Below, one piece after another: positions 28,847-39,415 of a stretch of DNA of 64,000 nt. Below the pieces are notes generated by a model. It searched no databases. It was not told the DNA's origin and saw nothing but the letters and a program-made list of their open reading frames with translations. The first letter of the stretch is position 1. Each line of letters starts with the position of its first letter. The stretch comes from Erysipelotrichaceae bacterium (GTDB lineage: Bacteria > Bacillota_I > Bacilli_A > RFN20 > CAG-449), in NCBI GenBank assembly GCA_015059095.1, contig SVBA01000003.1:38549-102548 (forward strand), given 5' to 3'. Made by a program: the position numbers and the translations under genes.

Positions 28847-30130
28847 ATGGATTTTAGAACTCATTTAAAAAAATATTTACTAGACGATCAAATTGAAGCA
28901 TTAATAAAATCATTAGAAAATAAAGAAGTAAAACATGCTTTAGTTTTAAATGATGAAAAAATATCAGTTGATTCTTTTAAAAAAGAATTTCCTAATATCA
29001 TCCCTCATCCAATAGTCCCTAATGTCTTTATTTATGATTCTAATGATTATTCATTTGGTAAACACATTTATCATGAAATGGGGTATTACTATATTTTTGA
29101 GCCATGTTCAAGTATTGTTTCTCATCTATTAAATCCTAATGAAAATGATATTGTTTTAGATATTGCTGCTGCTCCTGGAGGTAAATCAATCCACACTTCT
29201 TTATTAATGAAAAACCAAGGGATTTTAGTATCAAACGAAATACAACAAGCTCGTGCATTTGTTCTTTCTAGTAATGTAGAAAGAATGGGTAGGAAGAATA
29301 TTATTGTTACAAATAATAATATTGATGATTTAGTTAGTAAGTATCAAAACTACTTCAGTAAAATAATTTTAGATGCCCCATGTTCAGGAAGCGGAATGTT
29401 TAGAAAAATGGATGCAATGAAAGAAGATTGGACTTATCAAAAAGTTCTATCCTTATCATCATTACAAAAAGAATTAATCACTAAAGCTTACTCTATGCTT
29501 CAAGAAGGAGGAAAACTTGTTTATTCAACTTGTTCCTTTTCATATGAAGAAGACGAAGAAGTAATTATTCATTTACTAAATAATACCGATGCTCAACTTC
29601 TCCCTATTGAAAACCAAAATGGATTCTATTATTCAAAAGAAAAAATTGGAATTCACCTACTCCCTCATCTTTTTGGAGGTGAAGGACATTATATTTGTTT
29701 AATTGAAAAACCAATTAAAAACCTAGCAATACCTAGTTATAAATCACTTAAAGATAAATTTAATGACATTAGAAAAATCACTCATTTAGATGAAGGATAT
29801 ATCTATAAATTTGATGATACATATTACTATTTAAACAAATATATCGATACAAAAGGACTTCATATTATTCGTGGTGGTTTAAAACTAGGTGTTCAAGAAA
29901 AATATGGTTTTGTCTTTGATCACGCTTTATCACACTACTCTAAAAATATTAACTCATTAGAATTAACTCTAGAAGAAGCTAAATCTTATATAGAAGGAAA
30001 TCAAATTACTAAAAATTGTAAAGACGGATATGTATTATTAACATATCAAAGTAATGGGATTGGATTTGGTAAAGCAAGCAAAAATAAAATTAACAATAAA
30101 TATCCAAAAGGACTAAGAATTAAACTATAA
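28847..30130 (+). CDS. rsmF: RsmF-type rRNA m5C methyltransferase
   Basis: DIAAAPGGKS, LDAPCSGSGMFRK, YSTCSF, GEGHY, C-terminal NKYPKGLR. Confidence 0.88.
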   Translation: MDFRTHLKKYLLDDQIEALIKSLENKEVKHALVLNDEKISVDSFKKEFPNIIPHPIVPNVFIYDSNDYSFGKHIYHEMGYYYIFEPCSSIVSHLLNPNENDIVLDIAAAPGGKSIHTSLLMKNQGILVSNEIQQARAFVLSSNVERMGRKNIIVTNNNIDDLVSKYQNYFSKIILDAPCSGSGMFRKMDAMKEDWTYQKVLSLSSLQKELITKAYSMLQEGGKLVYSTCSFSYEEDEEVIIHLLNNTDAQLLPIENQNGFYYSKEKIGIHLLPHLFGGEGHYICLIEKPIKNLAIPSYKSLKDKFNDIRKITHLDEGYIYKFDDTYYYLNKYIDTKGLHIIRGGLKLGVQEKYGFVFDHALSHYSKNINSLELTLEEAKSYIEGNQITKNCKDGYVLLTYQSNGIGFGKASKNKINNKYPKGLRIKL

Positions 30131-30204
30131 TACTTTTAAAAGTAAATTATTTTTGTTAAAATAATAAAGCAAGTCGTTTTTTTATCAAAACTATCAAAAA
30201 TTGT

Positions 30205-30233
30205 TTGCAATATAGTTAATAGTTTGATAATAT
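30205..30233 (+). promoter_or_regulatory. sigma-A promoter of rpmB
   Basis: TTGCAA-N17-TAATAT with extended TGn. Confidence 0.6.
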
Positions 30234-30280
30234 ACTAGAGGTAAGCGAATCGCTTCTCTTGATTAAGGAGGTTGAAAACT

Positions 30281-30478
30281 ATGTCAGCAAGAGTATGTCC
30301 AGTCACAGGTAAAGCACCACTAAGTGGTAACAAACGTTCCCACTCCTTAAGAGCTACACGTAGAACATGGAATGTAAATTTACAAAAAGTTAAAGTTAAT
30401 CTTGATGGTAAAGTAGTTACTTTAAGATTATCTGCACGTGCTATTAAGACTTTACGTAAGACAGCAAAATCAGCTTAA
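30281..30478 (+). CDS. rpmB: 50S ribosomal protein L28
   Basis: RVCPVTGK..GNKRSHSLRATRRTWNVNLQK; RBS AAGGAGG. Confidence 0.96.
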   Translation: MSARVCPVTGKAPLSGNKRSHSLRATRRTWNVNLQKVKVNLDGKVVTLRLSARAIKTLRKTAKSA

Positions 30479-30500
30479 TTTAAGCTAAACTAAAAAAAAT

Positions 30501-30526
30501 AAAACTCGGTAAACCCGAGTTTTTTT
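30501..30526. terminator. Bidirectional terminator
   Basis: AAAACTCGG-taaac-CCGAGTTTT. Confidence 0.75.
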
Positions 30527-30528
30527 GT

Positions 30529-31164
30529 TTATAAATATATAGTTGTATATAATATTAATAAGATAATAACTAAAACAATATTAATCCATTCATTAAAAAC
30601 TAATAAGTTAAACTTTTTTCTAGAAGTAATGTAATTCTCTTCACTACTTTCTACTTCTAATTTAAATCCTTCTTTTAAAAGAGGTAAAAATATTACTATT
30701 AATAATAAACTTCCTACTACAAAACTAATAATGGTAACATACAAAGGTTTTTCATTCACTATCGATATATATCCTAACATCAAATAGCCAATACTAGTTA
30801 AAACAAAAATAGAAGAGCTAACAAAGATATGACCTTTATATAATCTACCATTTATTATAAATAAACCAAAAAGCAATAATGCATCTAATAATAATACTCC
30901 ACCTAAAAATCTAGTATTTAATGCTGAATCAAAATGAAAAATAAATAGATAAAGAATATCTATACAGGTTAATACAATAAATAATCCAAGTAGTATTCTA
31001 AATAATAAAGTAAAACCATTATTCTTTTTACTTTCCATTTCAAAAGGAAAAGTATTTAGATAATTAAATACTTTTTTATTTTCAATTTTATACATATAGT
31101 TTCCTATAATCATTGAAATAAGAAAACTTGTAATAACTAATATTAAAATAACTAATTCTGTCAT
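30529..31164 (-). CDS. Hypothetical membrane protein
   Basis: About 6 TM segments; NTFPFE motif. Confidence 0.7.
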   Translation of the reverse strand: MTELVILILVITSFLISMIIGNYMYKIENKKVFNYLNTFPFEMESKKNNGFTLLFRILLGLFIVLTCIDILYLFIFHFDSALNTRFLGGVLLLDALLLFGLFIINGRLYKGHIFVSSSIFVLTSIGYLMLGYISIVNEKPLYVTIISFVVGSLLLIVIFLPLLKEGFKLEVESSEENYITSRKKFNLLVFNEWINIVLVIILLILYTTIYL

Positions 31165-31165
31165 A

Positions 31166-31822
31166 CTATTTTAGTTTATTAATTTGAGTTTTATAATCAC
31201 TAGACTTAATAATAAAAGAACCTGCGACCAAAATATCAACATTTCTATTTTTAACTAATTTAGAAGTTTCTTCATTAATTCCTCCATCAACTTCAATTAA
31301 ATAAGATAAATTATTATCTTTTCTATAATTATCTAAATAAGAAATTTTATCTAATGAAATATCCATAAAAGATTGTCCACCTTTACCAGGAACTACAGAC
31401 ATAACTAAAACTAAATCTAGATCTTTTAAATATGGATTTAAAACTTTTACATCAGTATTTGGACAAATTGAAATACCTGCTTTTACATTTAAAAAATGAA
31501 TTAAAGAAATTAAATCTTCAATCTTATGTTCTTCAATAGCCTCATAATGAAAAGTAATGTAACTTGCACCATTAGAATATTTTTTGATATTATCAACTAA
31601 ATCATAAGTCATCAAATGAACATCAAAAATAACATTTGAATCAACATTCTTTTTATGATATTCAAATTCTTCAATAGGAAAAGAAGTATTACTAACAAAT
31701 CTTCCATCCATTACATCATAATGAATAAGATCTGCACCATCTAAAAGTAATTTTTTTATAACACCAGGTGTTTCTAAACAAGGAACTCCTAAAATTGAAG
31801 GAGCAATCTTTACATCTTTCAT
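31166..31822 (-). CDS. rpe: Ribulose-phosphate 3-epimerase
   Basis: APSIL, HYDVMDG, DVHLM, MSVVPGKGGQ, EVDGGI. Confidence 0.95.
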   Translation of the reverse strand: MKDVKIAPSILGVPCLETPGVIKKLLLDGADLIHYDVMDGRFVSNTSFPIEEFEYHKKNVDSNVIFDVHLMTYDLVDNIKKYSNGASYITFHYEAIEEHKIEDLISLIHFLNVKAGISICPNTDVKVLNPYLKDLDLVLVMSVVPGKGGQSFMDISLDKISYLDNYRKDNNLSYLIEVDGGINEETSKLVKNRNVDILVAGSFIIKSSDYKTQINKLK

Positions 31823-32685
31823 TAATAACGATCCTTTCTAAACTTTAATTCTTTAATAATATCTAAATAATTTTGATAACTTTCTTTTGAAAGTTTTCCA
31901 TTTTCTATCGCTTCTTTCACTTTACATTCTTTTTCAGAAATATGGAGACAATTTGTATATTTACATTCTTCTTTTAGTTCCATAAATCCTGGGAAGAACA
32001 ATGATAAATCTTCTTTAAAAATTGGTAATTCTAAACTAGAAAATCCTGGAGTATCTGCAATAAACCCATTTTCATAAGGTAATAATATAACTTCTTTAGT
32101 TTGATGTTTTCCTCTTCCTAATGCGATTGAATACTCACCAATATCTCTTTCAAAATTTGGATCAAGGACATTAATCAAACTAGATTTACCAACACCAGTT
32201 TGACCCATAAATGCTATTACTTTCCCTTTAACTTCTTCTTTAATTTCTTCTAAACCTAATTTAGTTCTCTTTGAAAAAGGAATTGCCTTAATCCCGATTA
32301 AAGCATAATTAGAAACTATTTCTTGTATTCTATTTTTATCCTCCATTAAGTCTTCTTTTGTTAATACAATTAAAGGTTTAATATTACTCATATTTAATAA
32401 TGTTAAGAATTTATCTAATAGATAACTTGAAAAACTCGGAGTCATTAAACTAACAACTACTACTCCTAAATCAATATTTGCAATTCTAGGTCTAAATAAA
32501 GAATTGTTTCTTTCCAATACATCTTCAATCATTAATTCTTCTTCATTAATAAGAACTTTATCACCAATTAATAACTTAATCTTTTTATGTCTAAAAATTC
32601 CTCGAGGTTTTACTTCAAGAATTTTATTCTCACAATATACTTTATATACACCACCAATAGTAGATAAAATTAATGCTTCTTTCAT
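31822..32685 (-). CDS. rsgA: Ribosome small subunit-dependent GTPase A
   Basis: TKED, GQTGVGKSSL, GRGKHQT, DTPGF, C-terminal CKYTNCLH...C. Confidence 0.95.
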   Translation of the reverse strand: MKEALILSTIGGVYKVYCENKILEVKPRGIFRHKKIKLLIGDKVLINEEELMIEDVLERNNSLFRPRIANIDLGVVVVSLMTPSFSSYLLDKFLTLLNMSNIKPLIVLTKEDLMEDKNRIQEIVSNYALIGIKAIPFSKRTKLGLEEIKEEVKGKVIAFMGQTGVGKSSLINVLDPNFERDIGEYSIALGRGKHQTKEVILLPYENGFIADTPGFSSLELPIFKEDLSLFFPGFMELKEECKYTNCLHISEKECKVKEAIENGKLSKESYQNYLDIIKELKFRKDRY

Positions 32686-32688
32686 CAA

Positions 32689-33570
32689 TTAATTTTTCTC
32701 CTTTTTAGAAAATAATTTTGCAAAGAAAGATTTCTTCTTAATTAATTCTGGATCTCTTAAAATTCGATCAATATCTTTTCTCATATCAAAACAAGAATGA
32801 TATCTATTATAAGGATTTTTTTCTGTCGCTTTAGAAATAATTTTTTCTACAATAGCAGGAACTTTTGGATTTAATTTTCTAACTGAAGGCATCTTATCTT
32901 TTATATGCATTAATGCAACTGTAACAGGAGATTCATCATCATATGGTACTTTACCAGTCAATAATTCATAAAAAGTAATTCCTAAAGCATAAATATCTGA
33001 TTCAATATTAGCTTGATTACCTTGAGAAATTTCAGGAGCTAAATAATGAACTGAACCAATAACAACTTCACTTCTAGTAACTCTACTAGCATTAGTAAAA
33101 GTAGCAATACCAAAATCACCTAATTTAACACTACCATCAGAACTCATATAAACGTTTTGTGGTTTAATATCACGATGAATAACATTATGTTGATGAGCAT
33201 TTAATACTGCAGAACACAATTGATACATAATGTCACATGCTTCTAATACAGAAAATTTTCCTCTAACATTTAATACATCTCTTACTGTTTGACCTTTAAC
33301 TAGTTCAGTAACCATATATGGTCTACCTTCTGCAGTACCTAAATTGATAACTCTAACAATATTTTGATGATTTAATGATGCTGCTGCTCTTGCTTCTCTT
33401 TCAAATCTAGTAAGATTGATTGGATTTTTCATTGTTTCTTCTTTAATTATTTTAAGAGCAACATCTTTTCTTGCTATCAAATCAGAAGCAAGATAAACAG
33501 TAGCCATTCCTCCTTCACCTAGAACTGACTTTAATTTATATCTTTCATCAATAATGTCACCTAATCTCAT
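32689..33570 (-). CDS. prkC: Hanks-type Ser/Thr kinase, PrkC orthologue lacking TM and PASTA domains
   Basis: LGEGGMATVY, VALK, HRDIKPQN, DFGIA, GSVHYLAPE; lies between prpC and rsgA. Confidence 0.88.
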   Translation of the reverse strand: MRLGDIIDERYKLKSVLGEGGMATVYLASDLIARKDVALKIIKEETMKNPINLTRFEREARAAASLNHQNIVRVINLGTAEGRPYMVTELVKGQTVRDVLNVRGKFSVLEACDIMYQLCSAVLNAHQHNVIHRDIKPQNVYMSSDGSVKLGDFGIATFTNASRVTRSEVVIGSVHYLAPEISQGNQANIESDIYALGITFYELLTGKVPYDDESPVTVALMHIKDKMPSVRKLNPKVPAIVEKIISKATEKNPYNRYHSCFDMRKDIDRILRDPELIKKKSFFAKLFSKKEKN

Positions 33571-34301
33571 AATAATTCCTCCAACAATCCAACTGCTATA
33601 TTATCTAATCCACCATTTTGATTTGCTTTTTCAATTAGTAAATCTATTTTAATTTTACTTTCGACTCGTAATTTTAAAATTTCTAACAATTCATCTTCTT
33701 CAACCATATTATAAAGACCATCTGAACAAATCATAATGTTTTTAGGAACTTCATTAAATACTTTCGAAGCGATACTTAAACTAGGATAAGTACCTAAAGC
33801 ATTCATTAATACATTCTTTTTTGGATGAATTTTCATGTCTTCTTTTTTTATTTTTCCAGTCTTATATAAAAATTGTACATAGGTTTGATCTTCACTCAAT
33901 TGTTCAATTGAGGTATCAGAATATGAATACATTCTAGAATCACCAACATTACACATTAACATTTTATTTTTTCTAATATATCCAAGGATAAGAGTTGTAC
34001 CCATTCCATAATATTGCATATTATTTGAACCCAATATATTAACTTCTTTATTTGCTTTTTTAATTGTTTTAACGATGTAACTTTTACATTCAATCATACT
34101 ATTAAAACTATTTTTCTTTTCTAAATTTTCTAAAATGATACTCATTGCAATTTTAGAAGCTTTTTCACCTTTAGAATGACCACCCATTCCATCAAGAACC
34201 ATAAAAACAATATCACCAGAATTTAATCTAGTAATATTTACATTATCTTCATTTATTGGACGGACAAGTCCAGTATCACTTCCAAAAGAAAAATCTATCA
34301 T
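33567..34301 (-). CDS. prpC: PP2C-type Ser/Thr phosphatase (PrpC/Stp1)
   Basis: NED, DGMGGH, GMGTT, NVGDSR, CSDGL, GGLDN. Confidence 0.92.
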   Translation of the reverse strand: MIDFSFGSDTGLVRPINEDNVNITRLNSGDIVFMVLDGMGGHSKGEKASKIAMSIILENLEKKNSFNSMIECKSYIVKTIKKANKEVNILGSNNMQYYGMGTTLILGYIRKNKMLMCNVGDSRMYSYSDTSIEQLSEDQTYVQFLYKTGKIKKEDMKIHPKKNVLMNALGTYPSLSIASKVFNEVPKNIMICSDGLYNMVEEDELLEILKLRVESKIKIDLLIEKANQNGGLDNIAVGLLEELL

Positions 34302-35338
34302 TTCAATAATCCTTCTTGTTTAGCACGTAATTGACCACAAGCCGCATCAATATCTGTGCCAAATTCCTTTCTAATAGTAGTATTTACACCATGCTTAATA
34401 CAATAATCCATAAAAGCCTTTACCTTTGTAGATTCTGCTCTTTGGTAACCATGTTCATCAACTGGATTATATGGAATCAAATTGACATAGGCATAAGTTG
34501 GTCTAATTAATTCTAATAACTCTTTAGCATGTTCTAAAGAATCATTAACATCTTTTAACATAATGTATTCATAAGTAACTCTTCTATTTGCAGACTCAAT
34601 ATATTCTGCAATAGCAGGAATCAATACTTCTAAAGGATAAGCCCTATTAATTGGCATAATTTTACTTCTTAATTCATTATTAGGAGCATGTAAAGAAATT
34701 GCCAAATTAACTTGTAATCCTTCTTTACCATATTGAATAATTTTATCTGGAATTCCACATGTAGAAACAGTGATATGTCTAGCGCCAATTGCTAAGGCTT
34801 TTTGATCATTAATAATTCTTACAAAATCAATGACATTATCATAATTATCAAACGGTTCACCAGTACCCATAACTACAACATGAGTTACTCTTTGATTTTC
34901 TTCTTTTAATAAATCATTCATCACTAAAATTTGACCTACCATTTCATATACTTCTAAATTTCTTTGTTTTTTTAATAATCCAGAAGCACAAAATGAGCAG
35001 CCCATATTACAACCAACTTGAGATGTGACACAAACTACATTTCCATAATTATATCTCATTAGAACCGTTTCAACTTTACTACCATCTTCCATCTCTAAAA
35101 GAAGTTTAATAGTTCCATCACTAGCGACTTGTTTTAAATATATCGATGGTTTAATTAAACAATATTTCTCTTTTAAAACTTCACGAAAAGATTTTGATAT
35201 ATCACTCATATTATCAAAATCAGTTTCTTCTTTTTCATATATCCAAGTGAATAGTTGTTTTGCTCTAAACTTAGATTGATTCTCATCAAGCATTAACTTT
35301 TCAAGTTTATTTAATGGTATTCCATAAAGATTTATCAT
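34298..35338 (-). CDS. rlmN: 23S rRNA m2A2503 / tRNA methyltransferase RlmN
   Basis: SQVGCNMGCSFCASG, MGTGEP, SLHAP, DIDAACGQL. Confidence 0.96.
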   Translation of the reverse strand: MINLYGIPLNKLEKLMLDENQSKFRAKQLFTWIYEKEETDFDNMSDISKSFREVLKEKYCLIKPSIYLKQVASDGTIKLLLEMEDGSKVETVLMRYNYGNVVCVTSQVGCNMGCSFCASGLLKKQRNLEVYEMVGQILVMNDLLKEENQRVTHVVVMGTGEPFDNYDNVIDFVRIINDQKALAIGARHITVSTCGIPDKIIQYGKEGLQVNLAISLHAPNNELRSKIMPINRAYPLEVLIPAIAEYIESANRRVTYEYIMLKDVNDSLEHAKELLELIRPTYAYVNLIPYNPVDEHGYQRAESTKVKAFMDYCIKHGVNTTIRKEFGTDIDAACGQLRAKQEGLLK

Positions 35339-36618
35339 TCTTTAATTTCCTCCAAATCGTAAGTTTTCTTTCTAATAAGTGCATAATACATTCCTGTTGT
35401 TTGATGCATGTATGGGAAAATTAATTCTTCTTTTTCCACCTCAAAATCAGGATTTTCTTCAATAAATAATCTAACAATGTTAAATGATTCTTTAATGTTT
35501 AAAGTAGGAACAGCATACATCAATACTCCATCATCTTTAATAAATTTTGAAGCCTCTTGAAGATATTTCCTTTGATTTTCAATTAGTGAATCTAGACTAT
35601 CTTGTTTAAAGTTAATCGCAATTTCAGGTTTTCTTCTAATTAATCCAAATTCACTATTAGGTGGAATAACTAACACTTTATCTAAACTCTTTTCTTCAGC
35701 ATGAGTACATGCTAAAGTAACATCCCCTTCAAAAGGAATAACAGTTTTAATTTTATATAAATCAATTGCTTTTCTCATACTAAAATATGAATCTTGATTA
35801 GCGCATGCATAATATACTTTACCAAAATCAAACATCTTTAATGCAATTGTAGACACAAGCATAGATTTATTATCACCAATAACTAAAACTTGATCACCTT
35901 GGAAAGGATTTAGTTTTTCAACCAATAATAATTCCATTGCATCCATTACATATATTTTCTTTTCTCTAAACAATGCATTTTCGATTAGAGGTGTTTTTCC
36001 AACATATTCATAACCTGAATCAGTAATTTCAATCTTTTTAAAATTCTCACCAGTCAAACTAAGTAATTCACAATTAGGATTAATAGTAACATTGATAGGA
36101 GAATTTCTTCTACTTGAAGCAATAGATTTAAAAGTATTCTTTCCTCCAAAATGTTTTTTCATCATCTTTACTAACCATTCAGGATATGAATAAAGAATAC
36201 TAACTTTCTTTGCAAAATTATTTTCGTATTTTTCAGGAATTGGTGTGACATTATCTTTTAAAGAAGTATAAACATCTTTTACTTTTTCTAAATCTAATTC
36301 TTTTAACTTTTCATTTTCAGACTCAATAATGAAATTAATTACATCTTCAACTGTTACTTTAGAAACATATCTAACAAAAGATAAACCTAAAACTAAATAA
36401 TCTAGAATATCTTCTTCAATATTTCCATAAGAATGAGTCAATTCAAATCTTAAATAAAAATAGCGATTAATGACTCCTTTTAAACACGCTTTTACTGTAT
36501 TTAGTTCTAAAGAAGAAAGACTTAATTCTTGGATTTTTTTGTTAACTCCATAACTAAATGTATATTCATTATCTTTAATGCCTTTAAATAATGTATGAGA
36601 ATAGTCTAATAATGTCAT
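35335..36618 (-). CDS. RsmB/Sun-like protein with degenerate catalytic motifs
   Basis: YSYPEWLV, GLIRRKPEI, GMYYALIRK and the rsmB position; SAM-binding and Cys motifs are replaced. Confidence 0.75.
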   Translation of the reverse strand: MTLLDYSHTLFKGIKDNEYTFSYGVNKKIQELSLSSLELNTVKACLKGVINRYFYLRFELTHSYGNIEEDILDYLVLGLSFVRYVSKVTVEDVINFIIESENEKLKELDLEKVKDVYTSLKDNVTPIPEKYENNFAKKVSILYSYPEWLVKMMKKHFGGKNTFKSIASSRRNSPINVTINPNCELLSLTGENFKKIEITDSGYEYVGKTPLIENALFREKKIYVMDAMELLLVEKLNPFQGDQVLVIGDNKSMLVSTIALKMFDFGKVYYACANQDSYFSMRKAIDLYKIKTVIPFEGDVTLACTHAEEKSLDKVLVIPPNSEFGLIRRKPEIAINFKQDSLDSLIENQRKYLQEASKFIKDDGVLMYAVPTLNIKESFNIVRLFIEENPDFEVEKEELIFPYMHQTTGMYYALIRKKTYDLEEIKE

Positions 36619-36732
36619 ATGTGTCACCTCACTTATAATTTTATCAAAAATATATTTTTAGTAAATATATTTATTAACATAATTTTCTAATTTAAAATAA
36701 AAAATCACTCTTCTAGAGAGAAAAGTGATTTA

Positions 36733-39414
36733 TTAGATTTCTTTTTCTTTAATAATGTTAATTGGTTTTATTTTTCTTAACCTTAATAAACTAATTATTG
36801 AGGTAATTAAAGCAAGTAAAATGATTAATCCATTGACAATTGCCATTAAAGATAACTCAAATTTAACAATAATGACATCTTTAATCAAATCAATTTTTAG
36901 ATAGTTCACTAAATTAGTAACCAAAATGTTATTTATTGGTGTATCAAGTAAAATCATTCCACCTATTGAGAAGAAGAAAATAAGAATTGTAATCAAAAGT
37001 ATTTGATAGAAAAATATCCAGAACAAGTGTATATTTTTACCGCCAATTGCCCTTAAAATACCAATTTCATATTTCTTATGATCAATATTTTTCTTCATAT
37101 AACTAACCATCAAAATAACACATACAACAACTAAGACTAAGAAAATAATAATAAATATATCATTAAATATTGCGACGATATCTTGAATTTTATATATTGC
37201 CCTATAATATTCGTTTGTGGAAAAGAATCCATTTCCTTCCTGATTTGACGCATTATGTATAGAAGTAATACTTTCAACATCATCAAAATATAAGGCATAA
37301 GGGACAATCAGATTTTTAGATAAATCTTTTAAGTCATTATTAGAGACACACATAACTACTTTAGTTTTTTTAGACAAAACTTTTGTAATTTTAAATGTTT
37401 TTGTGACAATTGGATTTTCTTTATCAATATCATCGATATCATAAGTCTTAATGGTAATAGTTCTTTCTTTAAAATCAGGAGAATCTTCGGATTCTAAATT
37501 TGTACCAAATAATGAATTATAAATATTTATACCCATATGCATTTCTCCATCTGGAGCTGTAGAATAATGACCTTCTGCAACTGCAGAATATCTAGTAGTT
37601 AATGCTAATTCATTATTATTTTCATCAAAGTATGAAGTATTATTTAAATAAGTCTGACAATGAGTATTAGTAGCGTCTTCTAACATTGCATCTAATACTG
37701 GTTTATCACCAATATAATAACCAATTGAGAAATAATCAGTAAGTTCATTAGCAAATAAATAAAACTCTTTTGACTTTTTCAATTCTTCATATTTTGAAGC
37801 AAAATCTACTGCACCATCAATATTATTTTTAGACATCATAATATCGACTAAATTTTTATATCTAGATAAATAAGCTGTAGAAATAATTGCCTTAACTGTA
37901 AATCTATTGTTGATATGAGCTTGTTCTACTATTGATTCATAAGCTTTATCTTTACCCAACAATAAATACTGAGGATTATGATAAATTATTGCATCCGCGA
38001 AATAATCCGTAATTACAATCCCGTTATCTTTAAAGCCTTCTTCTAGTGATCCTGCTAAAACATTAAGTTTTCCATTTTCAGCGTACTTTTTCGCTAAAAA
38101 TTCGATATCACAGTCTAGAACCCCTCTACCATATTTAATATATAAATCATCTGTTGTTGCATAGTTTACATTTACTAGAGAATCTGCATTAGATGTATAT
38201 ACTTTATTAGAAAATGGTAAAGTCTTATTGTATAATTTATAAATTTTTCCCTTGTAGCCTTTATCATAGAATTCTTGAATTTCTTCTTCATCAATTCTTA
38301 CATGATAATTTTGAACTAAACTAGGATAAATTACTCCATCATAATATCCTTTTCTTAATACATATGCTGTTTCTTCATTATAAGCAATCGCCTCTTCTTT
38401 TAATCCTCCACCTGTAAAAGTAGCAAAGGTTTGACATATACATAATAAAATTACAATACAACCAATAATAAGTGAAGTGATAAAAGAATTCACATAGGTT
38501 CCTTTAGCAAATTTCTTTGCTAGTTTTACTACCTTATTGTATTTCATTCTACCAGGTCGTAATTTAATAAATTTCCCTTTTTCAAAGAATCTTCTAGAGT
38601 CTTTAAATAATTCATTCTTTTGTGAGATTTTATATCCACCTAGTTTAACTGCCTCATTTATTTTATTTAATTCATTTTGAGTTAATCTAACATTATGAGG
38701 AAAATTAATCACATCATTTTCTATTAATTGAAAATCAACATTACTCTTTCTTTCAACATTTCTAATGATTTCTCCATCGCTTAATTCAATTATTCTATCC
38801 GCATAATTATTCGCATCATCTTTATTATGAGAAACTATCACTACCAAAGTATTCTTAGCTAATTTCTTTAAAACATCTAAAATCTGTTTAGATGTTTTAC
38901 TATCTAAATTACCTGTAGGTTCATCAGCTAAAACTAGTCTTGGCTTTTTAATAATTGCTCTAGCAATCGCGACTCTTTGTTGTTGACCTCCACTTAATTC
39001 ACTAGGATATCTTTTTTCAAAACCTACTAGATCTACTTGTTCTAACACTTCTTTTAAAGCTTTTTTATTTTTCTTTCCTTGAAGTTCTAATGCCAAATTA
39101 ATATTTTCTTTTACATTAAGATTTTCAATTAAATGGAAATTTTGAAATACGAAACCTAAATATGTATTTCGGTAGTTATCAAAATCTTTATCTTCAAACT
39201 TAGAAAAATAATTTCCATCAACAATAATTTCTCCATCTGTTTGATAATCTAACCCACCTAATATATTTAATAAAGTTGATTTTCCACTACCTGATTTACC
39301 AATAATGAAAACCATTCCTCTACTAGGCAAATCAAAAGATACATCTTTTAAAGCTATTTGAGATGTTTTATTTTCTGAAAAATACTCTTTTGTCAAATTC
39401 CTTACTTGTATCAT
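36733..39414 (-). CDS. MacB/FtsX-type fused ABC ATPase-permease
   Basis: GKSGSGKST, LSGGQQQR, DEPTGNLD; EIGILRAIG; 1+3 TM around a large external domain. Confidence 0.9.
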   Translation of the reverse strand: MIQVRNLTKEYFSENKTSQIALKDVSFDLPSRGMVFIIGKSGSGKSTLLNILGGLDYQTDGEIIVDGNYFSKFEDKDFDNYRNTYLGFVFQNFHLIENLNVKENINLALELQGKKNKKALKEVLEQVDLVGFEKRYPSELSGGQQQRVAIARAIIKKPRLVLADEPTGNLDSKTSKQILDVLKKLAKNTLVVIVSHNKDDANNYADRIIELSDGEIIRNVERKSNVDFQLIENDVINFPHNVRLTQNELNKINEAVKLGGYKISQKNELFKDSRRFFEKGKFIKLRPGRMKYNKVVKLAKKFAKGTYVNSFITSLIIGCIVILLCICQTFATFTGGGLKEEAIAYNEETAYVLRKGYYDGVIYPSLVQNYHVRIDEEEIQEFYDKGYKGKIYKLYNKTLPFSNKVYTSNADSLVNVNYATTDDLYIKYGRGVLDCDIEFLAKKYAENGKLNVLAGSLEEGFKDNGIVITDYFADAIIYHNPQYLLLGKDKAYESIVEQAHINNRFTVKAIISTAYLSRYKNLVDIMMSKNNIDGAVDFASKYEELKKSKEFYLFANELTDYFSIGYYIGDKPVLDAMLEDATNTHCQTYLNNTSYFDENNNELALTTRYSAVAEGHYSTAPDGEMHMGINIYNSLFGTNLESEDSPDFKERTITIKTYDIDDIDKENPIVTKTFKITKVLSKKTKVVMCVSNNDLKDLSKNLIVPYALYFDDVESITSIHNASNQEGNGFFSTNEYYRAIYKIQDIVAIFNDIFIIIFLVLVVVCVILMVSYMKKNIDHKKYEIGILRAIGGKNIHLFWIFFYQILLITILIFFFSIGGMILLDTPINNILVTNLVNYLKIDLIKDVIIVKFELSLMAIVNGLIILLALITSIISLLRLRKIKPINIIKEKEI

Positions 39415-39415
39415 A

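Noticed and set aside
29291-29293. Possible AGG-to-Met recoding (reported in some uncultured Bacilli); an AGG falls at a usually hydrophobic RsmF position (ERMG-R-KN)
   Set aside because: AGG also encodes Arg at positions where Arg fits the family motif, e.g. SpoVAF VRYSERPD (9759-9761) and NUDIX NRELP (6913-6915). A whole-genome Codetta run would settle it.
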